Part shown: positions 1-8,509 of the stretch, piece by piece
How positions within the stretch are numbered: position 1 is the stretch's first letter
Layout of the letters: each line of letters begins with the position of its first letter
NCBI GenBank assembly: GCA_964530335.1
Contig: CAZGYG010000003.1
Location: 23,792-87,791 of the forward strand
DNA from: an uncultured Rhodospirillaceae bacterium
GTDB taxonomy: Bacteria > Pseudomonadota > Alphaproteobacteria > SP197
Direction: 5' to 3'
DNA length: 64,000 nt
The notes under the pieces: model-generated
The model's input: the letters and a program-made list of their open reading frames with translations, nothing else
Database searches by the model: none
Told to the model about the DNA's origin: nothing
Position numbers and translations under genes: made by a program

Positions 1-1
1 C

Positions 2-190
2 GGCGACGCGCCCGGTGTCACGGCCGACCAGAACGACGTGTGGCAGCTCGGTGTCGACTACTCGATGGGCCCCGGCATCAGCGTCAGCGGTGCGTTGTCG
101 TACAACGACTTCAACAACAACACCGCCGGCGGTACGGGTCCGGACTACGGCGCCATGTCGGCCATGCTGGGCATGACGATCGACTACTAA
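2..190 (+). CDS. C-terminal fragment of an outer-membrane porin-like beta-barrel protein; the gene starts upstream of the window
   Basis: In-frame translation from nt 2 gives ...GVDYSMGPGISVSGALSYNDFNNNTAGGTGPDYGAMSAMLGMTIDY and a TAA stop. Alternating Gly/aromatic beta-strand pattern with a C-terminal aromatic residue, followed by a strong intrinsic terminator. Confidence 0.5.
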   Translation, partial: GDAPGVTADQNDVWQLGVDYSMGPGISVSGALSYNDFNNNTAGGTGPDYGAMSAMLGMTIDY

Positions 191-213
191 GCGATCCTCG
201 CAAGAGCATCGTG

Positions 214-244
214 GAAGGGCGGCTTCGGCCGCCCTTCTTCTTTG
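214..244 (+). terminator. Rho-independent terminator: GAAGGGCGGC-TTCG-GCCGCCCTTC followed by TTCTTTG
   Basis: Perfect 10-bp GC-rich stem, tetraloop and T-rich tail immediately after the porin-fragment stop. Confidence 0.8.
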
Positions 245-270
245 TGCCGCGGCGGCGGTAGGGGCGGGTT

Positions 271-299
271 GTAGGGGTGGGTCCGAGACCCACCCCTAC
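271..299. repeat. 13-bp perfect inverted repeat GTAGGGGTGGGTC-CGA-GACCCACCCCTAC, preceded by a partial direct copy GGTAGGGGCGGG
   Basis: Seen directly in the sequence; sits about 45-75 bp upstream of the first sulfotransferase start. Confidence 0.6.
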
Positions 300-344
300 C
301 AGCAGGCAATTCCATCGGATCGCAACGCGTTCTACCTTCGCGCC

Positions 345-1184
345 ATGGGCCGCATCGTCTGGATCGCGAGCTTCCCGAAGTCCGGGAACACCTGGGTCCG
401 CGTCTTCCTCAACAACCTGCTGGCGGGCGCCGAGGCGCCGGTCGCGCTCGACTCGATCGGCCGGTTCACGGCCTCGGAGGCGGCGGTCGAGCACTACCGT
501 AGCCTGGACCCGCGCCCGCCCGCGGCGTGGACGCCGGCCGACACGGCCAGGATGCGGCCTCGGGTCCACGCGCACATCGCCGGCCTCAAGGATGGGCTTT
601 CCCTGGTCAAGACCCATTGCCGGCTCGGCCACGACCATGGCCAGCCGACGGTCAACCTGGACGTGACCGCCGGCGCGGTCTACATCGTGCGCGACCCGCT
701 GGACGTGGCGGTCTCGTTCGCCGATCACATGGGCATGACGATCGACCAGGCGATCTCGATCATGGCGTTTCCCGGCGCCTTCACCGATCCGGGCGAAACC
801 ACCGTGTCGGAGCCGCGCGGCTCGTGGTCCGAGAACGTGGCGTCGTGGACAAGCCCCGAGCGCCCCAGCGTCCACGTCGTGCGCTTCGAGGATCTGCTGG
901 CGGATCCCAAGGCAAGGTTCGGCGCGATCGCGCGGCACCTGCGCATCGGCGCCGACGACGCGGCCGTGGACCGGGCGATCAATTTCTCCACCTTCGACGT
1001 CTTGAAGGAGCAGGAACGGAGCCACGGATTCCGCGAGCGCAGCCGTCGCGCGCGCCGGCCGTTTTTCCGCGAAGGCCGCGCCGGCGCGTGGCGCGAGGCG
1101 CTGAGCGAGGTCCAGGTCGGCGCCATCGTCGAGGCGCACCGCGTCGAGATGGGGCGCTTCGGCTACGTGCCGGCCGGGTTCTGA
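345..1184 (+). CDS. PAPS-dependent sulfotransferase (SULT-like, paralog 1)
   Basis: 5'-PSB motif SFPKSGNTW, catalytic-His motif VKTHC, 3'-PB motif RDPLDVAVS; 279 aa. Confidence 0.85.
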   Translation: MGRIVWIASFPKSGNTWVRVFLNNLLAGAEAPVALDSIGRFTASEAAVEHYRSLDPRPPAAWTPADTARMRPRVHAHIAGLKDGLSLVKTHCRLGHDHGQPTVNLDVTAGAVYIVRDPLDVAVSFADHMGMTIDQAISIMAFPGAFTDPGETTVSEPRGSWSENVASWTSPERPSVHVVRFEDLLADPKARFGAIARHLRIGADDAAVDRAINFSTFDVLKEQERSHGFRERSRRARRPFFREGRAGAWREALSEVQVGAIVEAHRVEMGRFGYVPAGF

Positions 1185-1195
1185 GCGCGCCAGAC

Positions 1196-2032
1196 ATGGG
1201 CAAGATCATCTGGCTGGCGAGCTTTCCGAAATCCGGCAACACGTGGCTGCGCGCGTTCCTGCACAACCTGCTGCTCAACCCGGACAAGCCGGTCTACATC
1301 AACGAGCTCGACACCTTCTCTACGAGCGAGTCGGCGCGTAAGCACTATGAACCGTTCCTCGAAGGGCCGTGGCAGGACTGGGCGGATCCGGAGGTCGCCG
1401 CGGCCAGGATCAAGGTGCACGCGGCGCTGACCGGACTTTCGCTCGACAACGTTTTCGTCAAGACGCATTGCGCCCTGGCGATCGACCACGGCCATCCTAC
1501 CGTGAACCTCGACGAGACCGCGGGCGCCATCTACATCGTGCGCAACCCGCTCGACGTGACCATATCGCTGACGCACCACACCGGCATGACCGTCGACCAG
1601 ACGATCCAGGCCATGGCCAACCCGGAAGGTCGCACCAGGACCGAGGAGAAGTACGTGACCGAGCCGCGCGGATCGTGGTCCAACCATGTCGCGAGCTGGA
1701 CGCACAGGCCCCATCCCGGGCTGCTCGTCGTGCGCTACGAGGACATGCTGGAAAAGCCGGATGAGGCCTTCGGCCGGGTCGCGCGCTTCCTCGGCCTCGA
1801 CCCGCCGACGGTGCGGTTCAAGAACGCCATCAACATGTCGAGCTTCAAGGTGCTGCGCACGCAAGAGGAACGCTGGGGCTTCGTCGAACGCAGCCCGAAT
1901 GCGGCGATGTTCTTCCGCGAAGGCCGCGCCGGACAATGGCAAGAGGCGCTGGCCCCGGAGCAGGTTGCCCGGGTGATCGCGGCGCACCGCCAGCAGATGG
2001 CGCGCTTCGGTTACCCGCCGCCAGGGTTCTGA
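1196..2032 (+). CDS. PAPS-dependent sulfotransferase (SULT-like, paralog 2)
   Basis: ATG at 1196 is in frame with track ORF 527..2032. MGKIIWLASFPKSGNTW, VKTHC, RNPLDVTIS. Like paralog 1 it ends ...RFGY.P.GF. Confidence 0.85.
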   Translation: MGKIIWLASFPKSGNTWLRAFLHNLLLNPDKPVYINELDTFSTSESARKHYEPFLEGPWQDWADPEVAAARIKVHAALTGLSLDNVFVKTHCALAIDHGHPTVNLDETAGAIYIVRNPLDVTISLTHHTGMTVDQTIQAMANPEGRTRTEEKYVTEPRGSWSNHVASWTHRPHPGLLVVRYEDMLEKPDEAFGRVARFLGLDPPTVRFKNAINMSSFKVLRTQEERWGFVERSPNAAMFFREGRAGQWQEALAPEQVARVIAAHRQQMARFGYPPPGF

Positions 2033-2043
2033 GCGGGCGAAGA

Positions 2044-2901
2044 ATGGGCAAGATCATCTGGCTCGCCAGCTACCCGAAGTCCGGCAACACGTGGCTGCGC
2101 GCGTTCCTGCACAACCTGCTGCGCAACCCCGACCAGCCGTTCGACATCAACAGGCTGACGGCGTTCAGCCTGGGCGATTCGCTGCCGCAGTTCTACAAAC
2201 AGCTCGACCCGCGCCCGCCGGGCGAGCTCGGTTTCGAGGACATCGCCCGGCTGCGCCCCAGCGTTCACCGGCTGATGACCGAGGCCAGCCCCGACAACGT
2301 GTTCGTCAAGACCCACAACGCGCTCGTCGAGGATTACGACGTGCCGCTGATCACGCTCGAGCTCACCGCCGGCGCGATCTACGTCGTGCGCGACCCGCTC
2401 GACGTCGCCATGTCCTACAGCCACCACCTGGGCGCGTCGATCGACGACACGATCCAGTTCATGGCCGCGTCGGCGGCGCGCACGCCGAGCGGCGACGCCT
2501 TCGTCACCGAGAAGATATGCTCGTGGTCGGTCCACGTCGAAAGCTGGACCGCGAACCCGAACCGGACGCTCCACGTCGTGCGCTACGAGGACATGCACAC
2601 CCAGCCGATCAAGACCTTCGCCGGCATCGCGCGCTTCCTCGGGCTCACCCCGCCGCGCGAGCGGCTCGAGAAGGCGATCCGCTCGTCCTCGTTCCGGGTG
2701 CTGCAAGAACAGGAGAAACGCCACGGCTTCATCGAGCGGAGCCCGGTGGCCGAACGGTTCTTCCGCTCCGGCCGGATGGGCGAAGGCCGCAAGCTGCTGA
2801 CCCCGGCGCAGATCGCGCGGATCGTCGCCGACCACGGCCCCCAGATGGCGCGCTTCGGCTACCTGACCGAGGTCGACGACCGCACGGGCGCCGCGCCATG
2901 A
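2044..2901 (+). CDS. PAPS-dependent sulfotransferase (SULT-like, paralog 3)
   Basis: MGKIIWLASYPKSGNTWLRAFLHNLLRNPDQPFDIN; VKTHN; RDPLDVAMS. First 36 aa nearly identical to paralog 4. Confidence 0.85.
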   Translation: MGKIIWLASYPKSGNTWLRAFLHNLLRNPDQPFDINRLTAFSLGDSLPQFYKQLDPRPPGELGFEDIARLRPSVHRLMTEASPDNVFVKTHNALVEDYDVPLITLELTAGAIYVVRDPLDVAMSYSHHLGASIDDTIQFMAASAARTPSGDAFVTEKICSWSVHVESWTANPNRTLHVVRYEDMHTQPIKTFAGIARFLGLTPPRERLEKAIRSSSFRVLQEQEKRHGFIERSPVAERFFRSGRMGEGRKLLTPAQIARIVADHGPQMARFGYLTEVDDRTGAAP

Positions 2902-3572
2902 TCGTCTGGATCCAGAAGCTGCTCGACGCCCAGGAGGTGCGCCGCATCACCGACGCGCTGGCCGGCGCGCGATATCGACCGGGCAAGACGACCGCGGGCA
3001 TCCTGGCGCGCGGCGCCAAGCGGAACGAGGAGATCGACCCGGAGTCGATCGACAAGGCCGCGCTCGACGCCGTCGTCATGACCGCGCTTCAGCGCAACCA
3101 GACCGTCGAAGCCGCGGCGCGCCCGGCGCGCATCATGCCGCCGATCTACAGCCGCTACGGCGTGGGCGACACCTACGGCAGCCACTTGGACAACGCCACC
3201 ATGGGCCACCTCGAAGCACGCATCCGCGTCGACATGTCGATGACGCTGTTCCTGTCCGACCCGGCGAGCTACGACGGCGGCGAGCTTTCGATCGACACGG
3301 AATACGGCGCCAAGTCGTTCAAGCTGCCGCCCGGCGACGCGGCGATCTACCCGACGCTCTACTACCACGAGGTCAAGCCGGTGACGCGCGGCGTCAGGCT
3401 TGCCTGCGTCACCTGGATGCAGAGCCTGGTGCGCGATCCGCAGCGGCGCCAGATTCTCTACGACATGTCGGTGCTGGCCGAGTGGCTCCACGCCCAACAG
3501 CCGGGCTCGCCCCAGTTCCGCCAATTCAACAAGATCCAGCATAACCTCTATCGCATGTGGGCCGAGGATTGA
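2898..3572 (+). CDS. PKHD-type Fe(II)/2-oxoglutarate-dependent hydroxylase (PiuC/YbiX-like)
   Basis: ATGA overlap with the upstream sulfotransferase stop. 2OG-Fe oxygenase features HLDNA...H and RxS; 224 aa. Confidence 0.85.
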   Translation: MIVWIQKLLDAQEVRRITDALAGARYRPGKTTAGILARGAKRNEEIDPESIDKAALDAVVMTALQRNQTVEAAARPARIMPPIYSRYGVGDTYGSHLDNATMGHLEARIRVDMSMTLFLSDPASYDGGELSIDTEYGAKSFKLPPGDAAIYPTLYYHEVKPVTRGVRLACVTWMQSLVRDPQRRQILYDMSVLAEWLHAQQPGSPQFRQFNKIQHNLYRMWAED

Positions 3573-3582
3573 GCCCGATGCC

Positions 3583-4428
3583 ATGGGCAAGCTGATCTGG
3601 CTGGCGAGCTACCCGAAGTCGGGCAACACGTGGCTGCGCGCGTTCCTGCACAACCTGCTGCGCAACCCGGACCAGCCGTTCGACATCAACAACCTGCGCG
3701 CCTTCTGCGTGGTCGATTCGGTCGCCGAGCTCTACGCCCAGGTCGACCCGCGGCCGGCGACGGCGCTCGGCCCCGAAGGCGTGGCCCGGCTGCGCCCCAG
3801 CGTGCATCGCTTCATCACCACCGCCTCGGCCGACAACGTGTTCGTCAAGACGCACAACGCGATGCTCGACGACTTCGGCGTGCCGACTGTCACCGCCGAG
3901 GTCACCCAGGGCATGATCTACGTCGTGCGCAACCCGCTGGACGTGGCCGTGTCGTTCGCCCACCACCTCGGCGCCTCGCTCGACGACACGATCGCGCTGA
4001 TGAACCGGCCGGGGGCGCGCACGCCGATCACCGCCGAATGGGTCGGCGAGCTGATGGGATCTTGGTCGGAGAACGTGGCGAGCTGGACGGCCGAGCCCGG
4101 CCCGGCCCTGCACGTCGTGCGCTACGAGGACATGCACGCCCGGCCGATCACGACGTTCGGCGATGTCGCGCGCTTCCTCGGCCTCGATCCGCCGCGCGAG
4201 CGGATCGAAAAGGCGATCCGGCTGTCGTCGTTCCGCGTGCTGCGGGAGCAGGAACAGCGCCACGGCTTCATCGAGAAGAGCGTGGCCGCCGACCGGTTTT
4301 TCCGCGAGGGCAAGACCGGCGCCTGGCGCCAGGCGTTGAGCGCGGCCCAGGTCGCGGCGCTCAGCGAGGCGAACCGGACCCAGATGGCGCGCTTCGGCTA
4401 TGTGACCGAGGAGCCCAAGGATGAGTGA
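3583..4428 (+). CDS. PAPS-dependent sulfotransferase (SULT-like, paralog 4)
   Basis: MGKLIWLASYPKSGNTW, VKTHN, RNPLDVAVS; in frame with track ORF 3400..4428. Confidence 0.85.
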   Translation: MGKLIWLASYPKSGNTWLRAFLHNLLRNPDQPFDINNLRAFCVVDSVAELYAQVDPRPATALGPEGVARLRPSVHRFITTASADNVFVKTHNAMLDDFGVPTVTAEVTQGMIYVVRNPLDVAVSFAHHLGASLDDTIALMNRPGARTPITAEWVGELMGSWSENVASWTAEPGPALHVVRYEDMHARPITTFGDVARFLGLDPPRERIEKAIRLSSFRVLREQEQRHGFIEKSVAADRFFREGKTGAWRQALSAAQVAALSEANRTQMARFGYVTEEPKDE

Positions 4429-5104
4429 TGACGTCGCCGACAACCTGGCCGCGGTGAAGGCGCGTATCGCCGCCGCGGCCCGGGCCGCCGGCCGCGACCC
4501 TGACAGTGTCACGCTGGTCGCCGTCGCCAAGACCCACGGCCCGGAACGAATCCAGCCGGCGCTCGTCGCCGGGCACCGGGTGTTCGGCGAGAACCGGGTG
4601 CAGGAGGCGCGCGCCAAATGGCCGGCCTTGCGCGAGCATTACCCGGACCTTGTGCTGCACCTGATCGGGCCACTGCAGACCAACAAGGCGCGCGACGCGC
4701 TGGCCCTGTTCGACGTGATCGAATCGGTGGATCGGCCGCGGCTCGCCGAGGCGCTCGCCCGCGAGATCGAGCGCGGCGGGCGGCGACCGCGCTGCTTCGT
4801 CCAGGTCAACACCGGCGAGGAAGCGCAGAAGGCCGGCGTCGTGCCCGCCGAAGCCGACACGTTCATCGCCGCCTGCCGCGATGACTATGGCCTCGACGTG
4901 GCCGGGCTGATGTGCATCCCGCCCGCCGACGAGCCGCCGGCGCCGCACTTCGCCCTGCTCGCCAAGATCGCGGAGCGCCATGGGCTTTCCGGTCTCAGCA
5001 TGGGCATGAGCGCCGATTTCGAGACCGCGATCCGCTTCGGCGCGAGCCACGTGCGCATCGGCTCCGCCATCTTCGGCGCCCGCCCAACGCTGACGCGAGT
5101 CTAG
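4421..5104 (+). CDS. yggS: YggS-family pyridoxal-phosphate homeostasis protein (alanine-racemase N-terminal fold)
   Basis: 227 aa; the start overlaps the sulfotransferase stop by 8 nt; VAVAKTHG...FGENRVQE motif. Confidence 0.85.
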   Translation: MSDDVADNLAAVKARIAAAARAAGRDPDSVTLVAVAKTHGPERIQPALVAGHRVFGENRVQEARAKWPALREHYPDLVLHLIGPLQTNKARDALALFDVIESVDRPRLAEALAREIERGGRRPRCFVQVNTGEEAQKAGVVPAEADTFIAACRDDYGLDVAGLMCIPPADEPPAPHFALLAKIAERHGLSGLSMGMSADFETAIRFGASHVRIGSAIFGARPTLTRV

Positions 5105-5189
5105 GGCGCGTTCTGATCCTATTGTATGAGCAGCGTTGGCGACGCCGTCCGATCGCACCCTGCTAGCGTTTCGTGTCGCTGGGGTGGCG

Positions 5190-5789
5190 TCAGAACGTTC
5201 GGTCGATGCGACGGCCGTTGGGCGTGGGCGTCGCTTCGTATTGGTCCATCGCCTGGGTCATGGCGTCGAGCGCGTCCTGGTAGCCGGTGATCGCGGGCAC
5301 CCCCGGCGGCACGGTCGGCTCGACCTCGATCGACGCGGGTTCGACCGGGTCCGGCTCGGGCGTCGCTTGCGGCGTCGCGCTGGCCAACTCGACGTCCGGC
5401 GCCGCGCTGGCCAAGGCAGTGGGTTCCGTTTCGTCGTCGCCGAACACGGCGGCGTAGATGTGGCCACCGATGTCCTCGCCAGTCGTGCTCTCGATGATCG
5501 ATTCGATGACGCCGCTGATCAACCCAATCGGTCCGCCGAACAGGGTATCGCCCAGGATGCGCGCGGGCGCCGCCATCTCGTCGCCGGTCAATTCGCGATA
5601 GATCGTGCCGATGATCGGCAGGTGCTGGAGTGGATTGATGATGTCGAGAAAATCGGCGAAGCCGAACGTGCCGGCCTGCGCGACGGCGCCGGAGGGAGCG
5701 GCCACGCCGAAGATGAGCCCCGCCTCGCGGGCCTCGCTCGATCCGGCACGGACGCCGGCGGGCAGTACTCCGACCGAACCCAGGGACAC
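5190..5789 (-). CDS. Hypothetical protein with an acidic Pro/Thr/Glu-rich C-terminal tail
   Basis: 199-aa ORF with a GTG start. N-terminal region FGFADFLDIINPLQHLPIIGTIYRELTGDE is not low-complexity; no recognisable family. Confidence 0.4.
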   Translation of the reverse strand: MSLGSVGVLPAGVRAGSSEAREAGLIFGVAAPSGAVAQAGTFGFADFLDIINPLQHLPIIGTIYRELTGDEMAAPARILGDTLFGGPIGLISGVIESIIESTTGEDIGGHIYAAVFGDDETEPTALASAAPDVELASATPQATPEPDPVEPASIEVEPTVPPGVPAITGYQDALDAMTQAMDQYEATPTPNGRRIDRTF

Positions 5790-5930
5790 GGCTTACCCCT
5801 TGCGTTTGCTTCTTGGTGAGCAATCGCCGTGCCGCGCCGAACTCTGGCTTAAGTAGTTGATTTCGTTGAGATTGCGACTCCCACGACCGGGCGCGCCCGC
5901 CCGCCAGGGCAAGTCTTGCCGGGCGTCGGG

Positions 5931-8312
5931 TCAAGCGCGCAGGGCGGCGCGCTCGCTGAGTGCCTTGTCGAAGGCGGCGAGCCGCGCGAACGCGCGGCCG
6001 TAGACGCCGTCGGGCGGAAATCGGCCTTCGGCGTCCGGCCGCCCGGCCTTAAGGCCGCTCAGGTGCTCGATCGCGTCGTCGACCGACTCGATGCTCCAGA
6101 TGTGGAAGCGCCCGTCGTTCACCGCGGCCATGATGTCCTCGCGCAGCGTCAGGTTGCGCTCGTTCGACACCGGAATGAGGCAGCCCTGGGTACCGGTCAG
6201 GCCGCGTTCGTTGCAGGCGCGGAAGAAACCCTCGATCTTCTGGTTGACGCCGCCGATGGCCTGGACCTGGCCGATCTGGTTGACCGAGCCGGTAATCGCG
6301 AGATCCTGGCGCAGCGGCACCTCGGCCAGCGACGAAATGATCGCGCACAGCTCGGCCATCGAGGCGCTGTCGCCTTCGACGCCGTCGTAGTTCTGCTCGA
6401 ACGTGATCGAGGAGGTGAACGACAGCGGGAAACCGCGCGCGAACGTACCGCGCAGGAAGCCTTCGAGCCCGTAGACGCCCTTCTGCTGGATCGGCCCGCT
6501 GAGTTCGGTGAAGCGCTCGATATTGATGACGCCGTGGATGCCGACGTGCGAGCGGGCGGTGATGCGCACCGGCAGGCCGAAGGCGTGGTCGCCGGTCTCG
6601 AGATAGACAAGCCCGTTGACCTGGCCGATCACGCGGCCGGCGGTGTCGATCAGCGTCTCGCCCTTGAGGATGCTTTCCTGGCTGCGGTCCTCGAGGCGCG
6701 CGTTGCGCCGCCGGCGCTCGTCGAGCGCGCGGCGCACGTCGGCCACGGTGATGGTGTCGCCGGCGGTCTCCTCGACGTAGCGGCTGGCCTCGATCAGCAC
6801 GTCCTCGATCAACTCGAAGCGCGCCGACAGCTTGTCACGCTCGCCGGCCCAGCGCGCGCTTTGGCCCAGCAGCCGGTCGATCGCGCCGGCGTCGCAGCGC
6901 CGGTTGCATTGCTCGCGCGCCGAACGCTGGATCAATCGCGTGTAGGTCGCCACGTCGCCATCGGTGGCTTCCATGTCGGCGTCGATGTCGGCCTTGACCT
7001 TGAAGAACGTGATGAAGCTCGGGTCGGCGGCGAACACCTGGTAGTACCACTGCGGCGCGCCGACGATGACGACCAGCAGCTTCAACGGGATCGGCTTGGG
7101 CGTCGGCGTGCCCGCCATCGGCGCCGTGCCGATGCGGTGCAGCTCCTCGATGCGGATCTCGCGGTCGCGCAGCGCGGCCTTGAGGTACGTCCAGCTCTGC
7201 GGTTCCATCGCCAGGGATTCGGCGCGCAGCACCAGGAACCCGCCGTTCGCCTTGTGCAGGGCGCCGGAGTGGATCTGGGTGAAGTCGGTCTCGAGCGTGC
7301 CGTTCGCGATCCGGTACGTCATGGCGCCGAACAGGTTCTCGTAGGTCGGGTTCGGCTCGAGCACGACGGGCGGGTTGCGGCTGTCGCCGTTGTCGACCAG
7401 CACGTTGACCGCGTAGCGCAGGACCGCGCTCTCGTCGGGCGCCTCGTCCTCGGCGCCGGCGCGCTGGAACAGGTGCAGGTGCTCGATCACGTCGACGCGC
7501 ATCTCGGTCAGCCAGCGGCTCAGGCCCTTGAACCCGGCGAACTCGCTCTGCGCCGCGTCGAGCAGCGGCCCGATTGCCTCGTCGGCGATGCGATGGTTGA
7601 TCCCCGTGATGGACTCGCCGATCCGCGTTTCCGCGTGGCGCGCCTCGGTCCTGAGATCGTCGAGCAGCGGGTCGAGCGTGGCGATCGCGGCCTCGAGTGC
7701 GTGGCGCCGGTCGTCCGGCAGCTCGGCCAGGGCCTCGGCCGGCACGGGCTGGCCGTCCTCGCCGATCACGACGACGTTCAGGCCATGCGGCGTGCGCAGC
7801 ACGTCGAGTCCGCCCTCGCGCGCCCGTGACCGCACGGTGGCGAACCGTTCGTCCAGGCTGGCGCGCGCGGATTCGTTCACGGCGCGCACCTCGTCGACAT
7901 AGGCCTGACTGTTGAGCGAACGGGCGAGCGTGGCGGCGAGCTGGGGCACCAGCTCCGCCATGCGGTCACGGAACTTGCGGCCGAGTCCGGCCGGCAGGCG
8001 GTAGGGCTTGGGCCGCGATGGCCGGGCGAAGTTGTTGAGGTAGACCCAGTCGTCGACCGGGGGCAGCTTGGCGGCGAACGCCCGCAGATAGCCGAGCGTC
8101 GCATTCATTCGCCCCGTCTGGTTCTCGCCCAGGACGAACACGTTGAAGCCTTCGTGGCGGATGCCGAGCGCGAAGCGCAGCGCCTCGCGCGCGCGCTGGT
8201 GCGAGCCCAGGTCGAACACCTGGACGTCGTCGACGGCCCGGCCGTCGACCGTGATTCGATCCGCGAACGACGGCAGGCCGACGGCGTTTGTCTCCAGCGG
8301 CTTGATGGCCAA
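5931..8312 (-). CDS. Lon-like ATP-dependent protease (COG1067: AAA+ module plus Lon S16 proteolytic domain)
   Basis: C-terminal ...GDSASMAELCAIISSLAEVPLRQDLAITGSVNQIGQVQAIGGVNQKIEGF is a Lon protease domain. I place the start at TTG 8312 (reads LAIKPLETNA...) with a GGGGAGGG Shine-Dalgarno about 7 nt upstream. Track ORF 5931..8462 adds an Arg/Gly-rich 50-aa N-terminus that is probably not translated. Confidence 0.75.
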   Translation of the reverse strand: MAIKPLETNAVGLPSFADRITVDGRAVDDVQVFDLGSHQRAREALRFALGIRHEGFNVFVLGENQTGRMNATLGYLRAFAAKLPPVDDWVYLNNFARPSRPKPYRLPAGLGRKFRDRMAELVPQLAATLARSLNSQAYVDEVRAVNESARASLDERFATVRSRAREGGLDVLRTPHGLNVVVIGEDGQPVPAEALAELPDDRRHALEAAIATLDPLLDDLRTEARHAETRIGESITGINHRIADEAIGPLLDAAQSEFAGFKGLSRWLTEMRVDVIEHLHLFQRAGAEDEAPDESAVLRYAVNVLVDNGDSRNPPVVLEPNPTYENLFGAMTYRIANGTLETDFTQIHSGALHKANGGFLVLRAESLAMEPQSWTYLKAALRDREIRIEELHRIGTAPMAGTPTPKPIPLKLLVVIVGAPQWYYQVFAADPSFITFFKVKADIDADMEATDGDVATYTRLIQRSAREQCNRRCDAGAIDRLLGQSARWAGERDKLSARFELIEDVLIEASRYVEETAGDTITVADVRRALDERRRRNARLEDRSQESILKGETLIDTAGRVIGQVNGLVYLETGDHAFGLPVRITARSHVGIHGVINIERFTELSGPIQQKGVYGLEGFLRGTFARGFPLSFTSSITFEQNYDGVEGDSASMAELCAIISSLAEVPLRQDLAITGSVNQIGQVQAIGGVNQKIEGFFRACNERGLTGTQGCLIPVSNERNLTLREDIMAAVNDGRFHIWSIESVDDAIEHLSGLKAGRPDAEGRFPPDGVYGRAFARLAAFDKALSERAALRA

Positions 8313-8509
8313 ATCCAACCCTCCCCGTGGCGCGCGACCGAAGTCGATCCGACCACCGCCGCCCCGTCGCGTCAACGTAGCGCCCGGCCAAACCCGGTCA
8401 ACAGCTTTCGGGGCTCGCGCTTCTTGGGGCCCGCTCTGGCCCCGGCGCGGCCGTTGCGGCACAATGACCCGGTCCGGGGCGCGGTCCGGGCGGCGGAGAA
8501 ACCGGCTTC

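Noticed and set aside
111-1139. Long antisense or alternate-frame ORFs overlapping confident genes (for example 111..1139-, upstream extension 527..1195+, 9399..11321+, 15080..19288+, 25680..28145-, 44173..45630-, 51823..54387+)
   Set aside because: Arg/Ala/Gly/Pro-rich translations typical of non-coding frames in about 70% GC DNA. Each is fully shadowed by a gene with clear family motifs on the other frame or strand.
5931-8312. Lon-like protease as BREX BrxL
   Set aside because: No pglX/pglZ/brxA-C-type genes anywhere in the window. COG1067 stand-alone Lon-like proteases are common housekeeping paralogs.
8313-8462. GTG at 8462 as the Lon-like protease start
   Set aside because: It adds an Arg/Gly-rich 50-aa segment without similarity to COG1067 N-termini. 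TTG 8312 has an adjacent GGGGAGGG ribosome-binding site.
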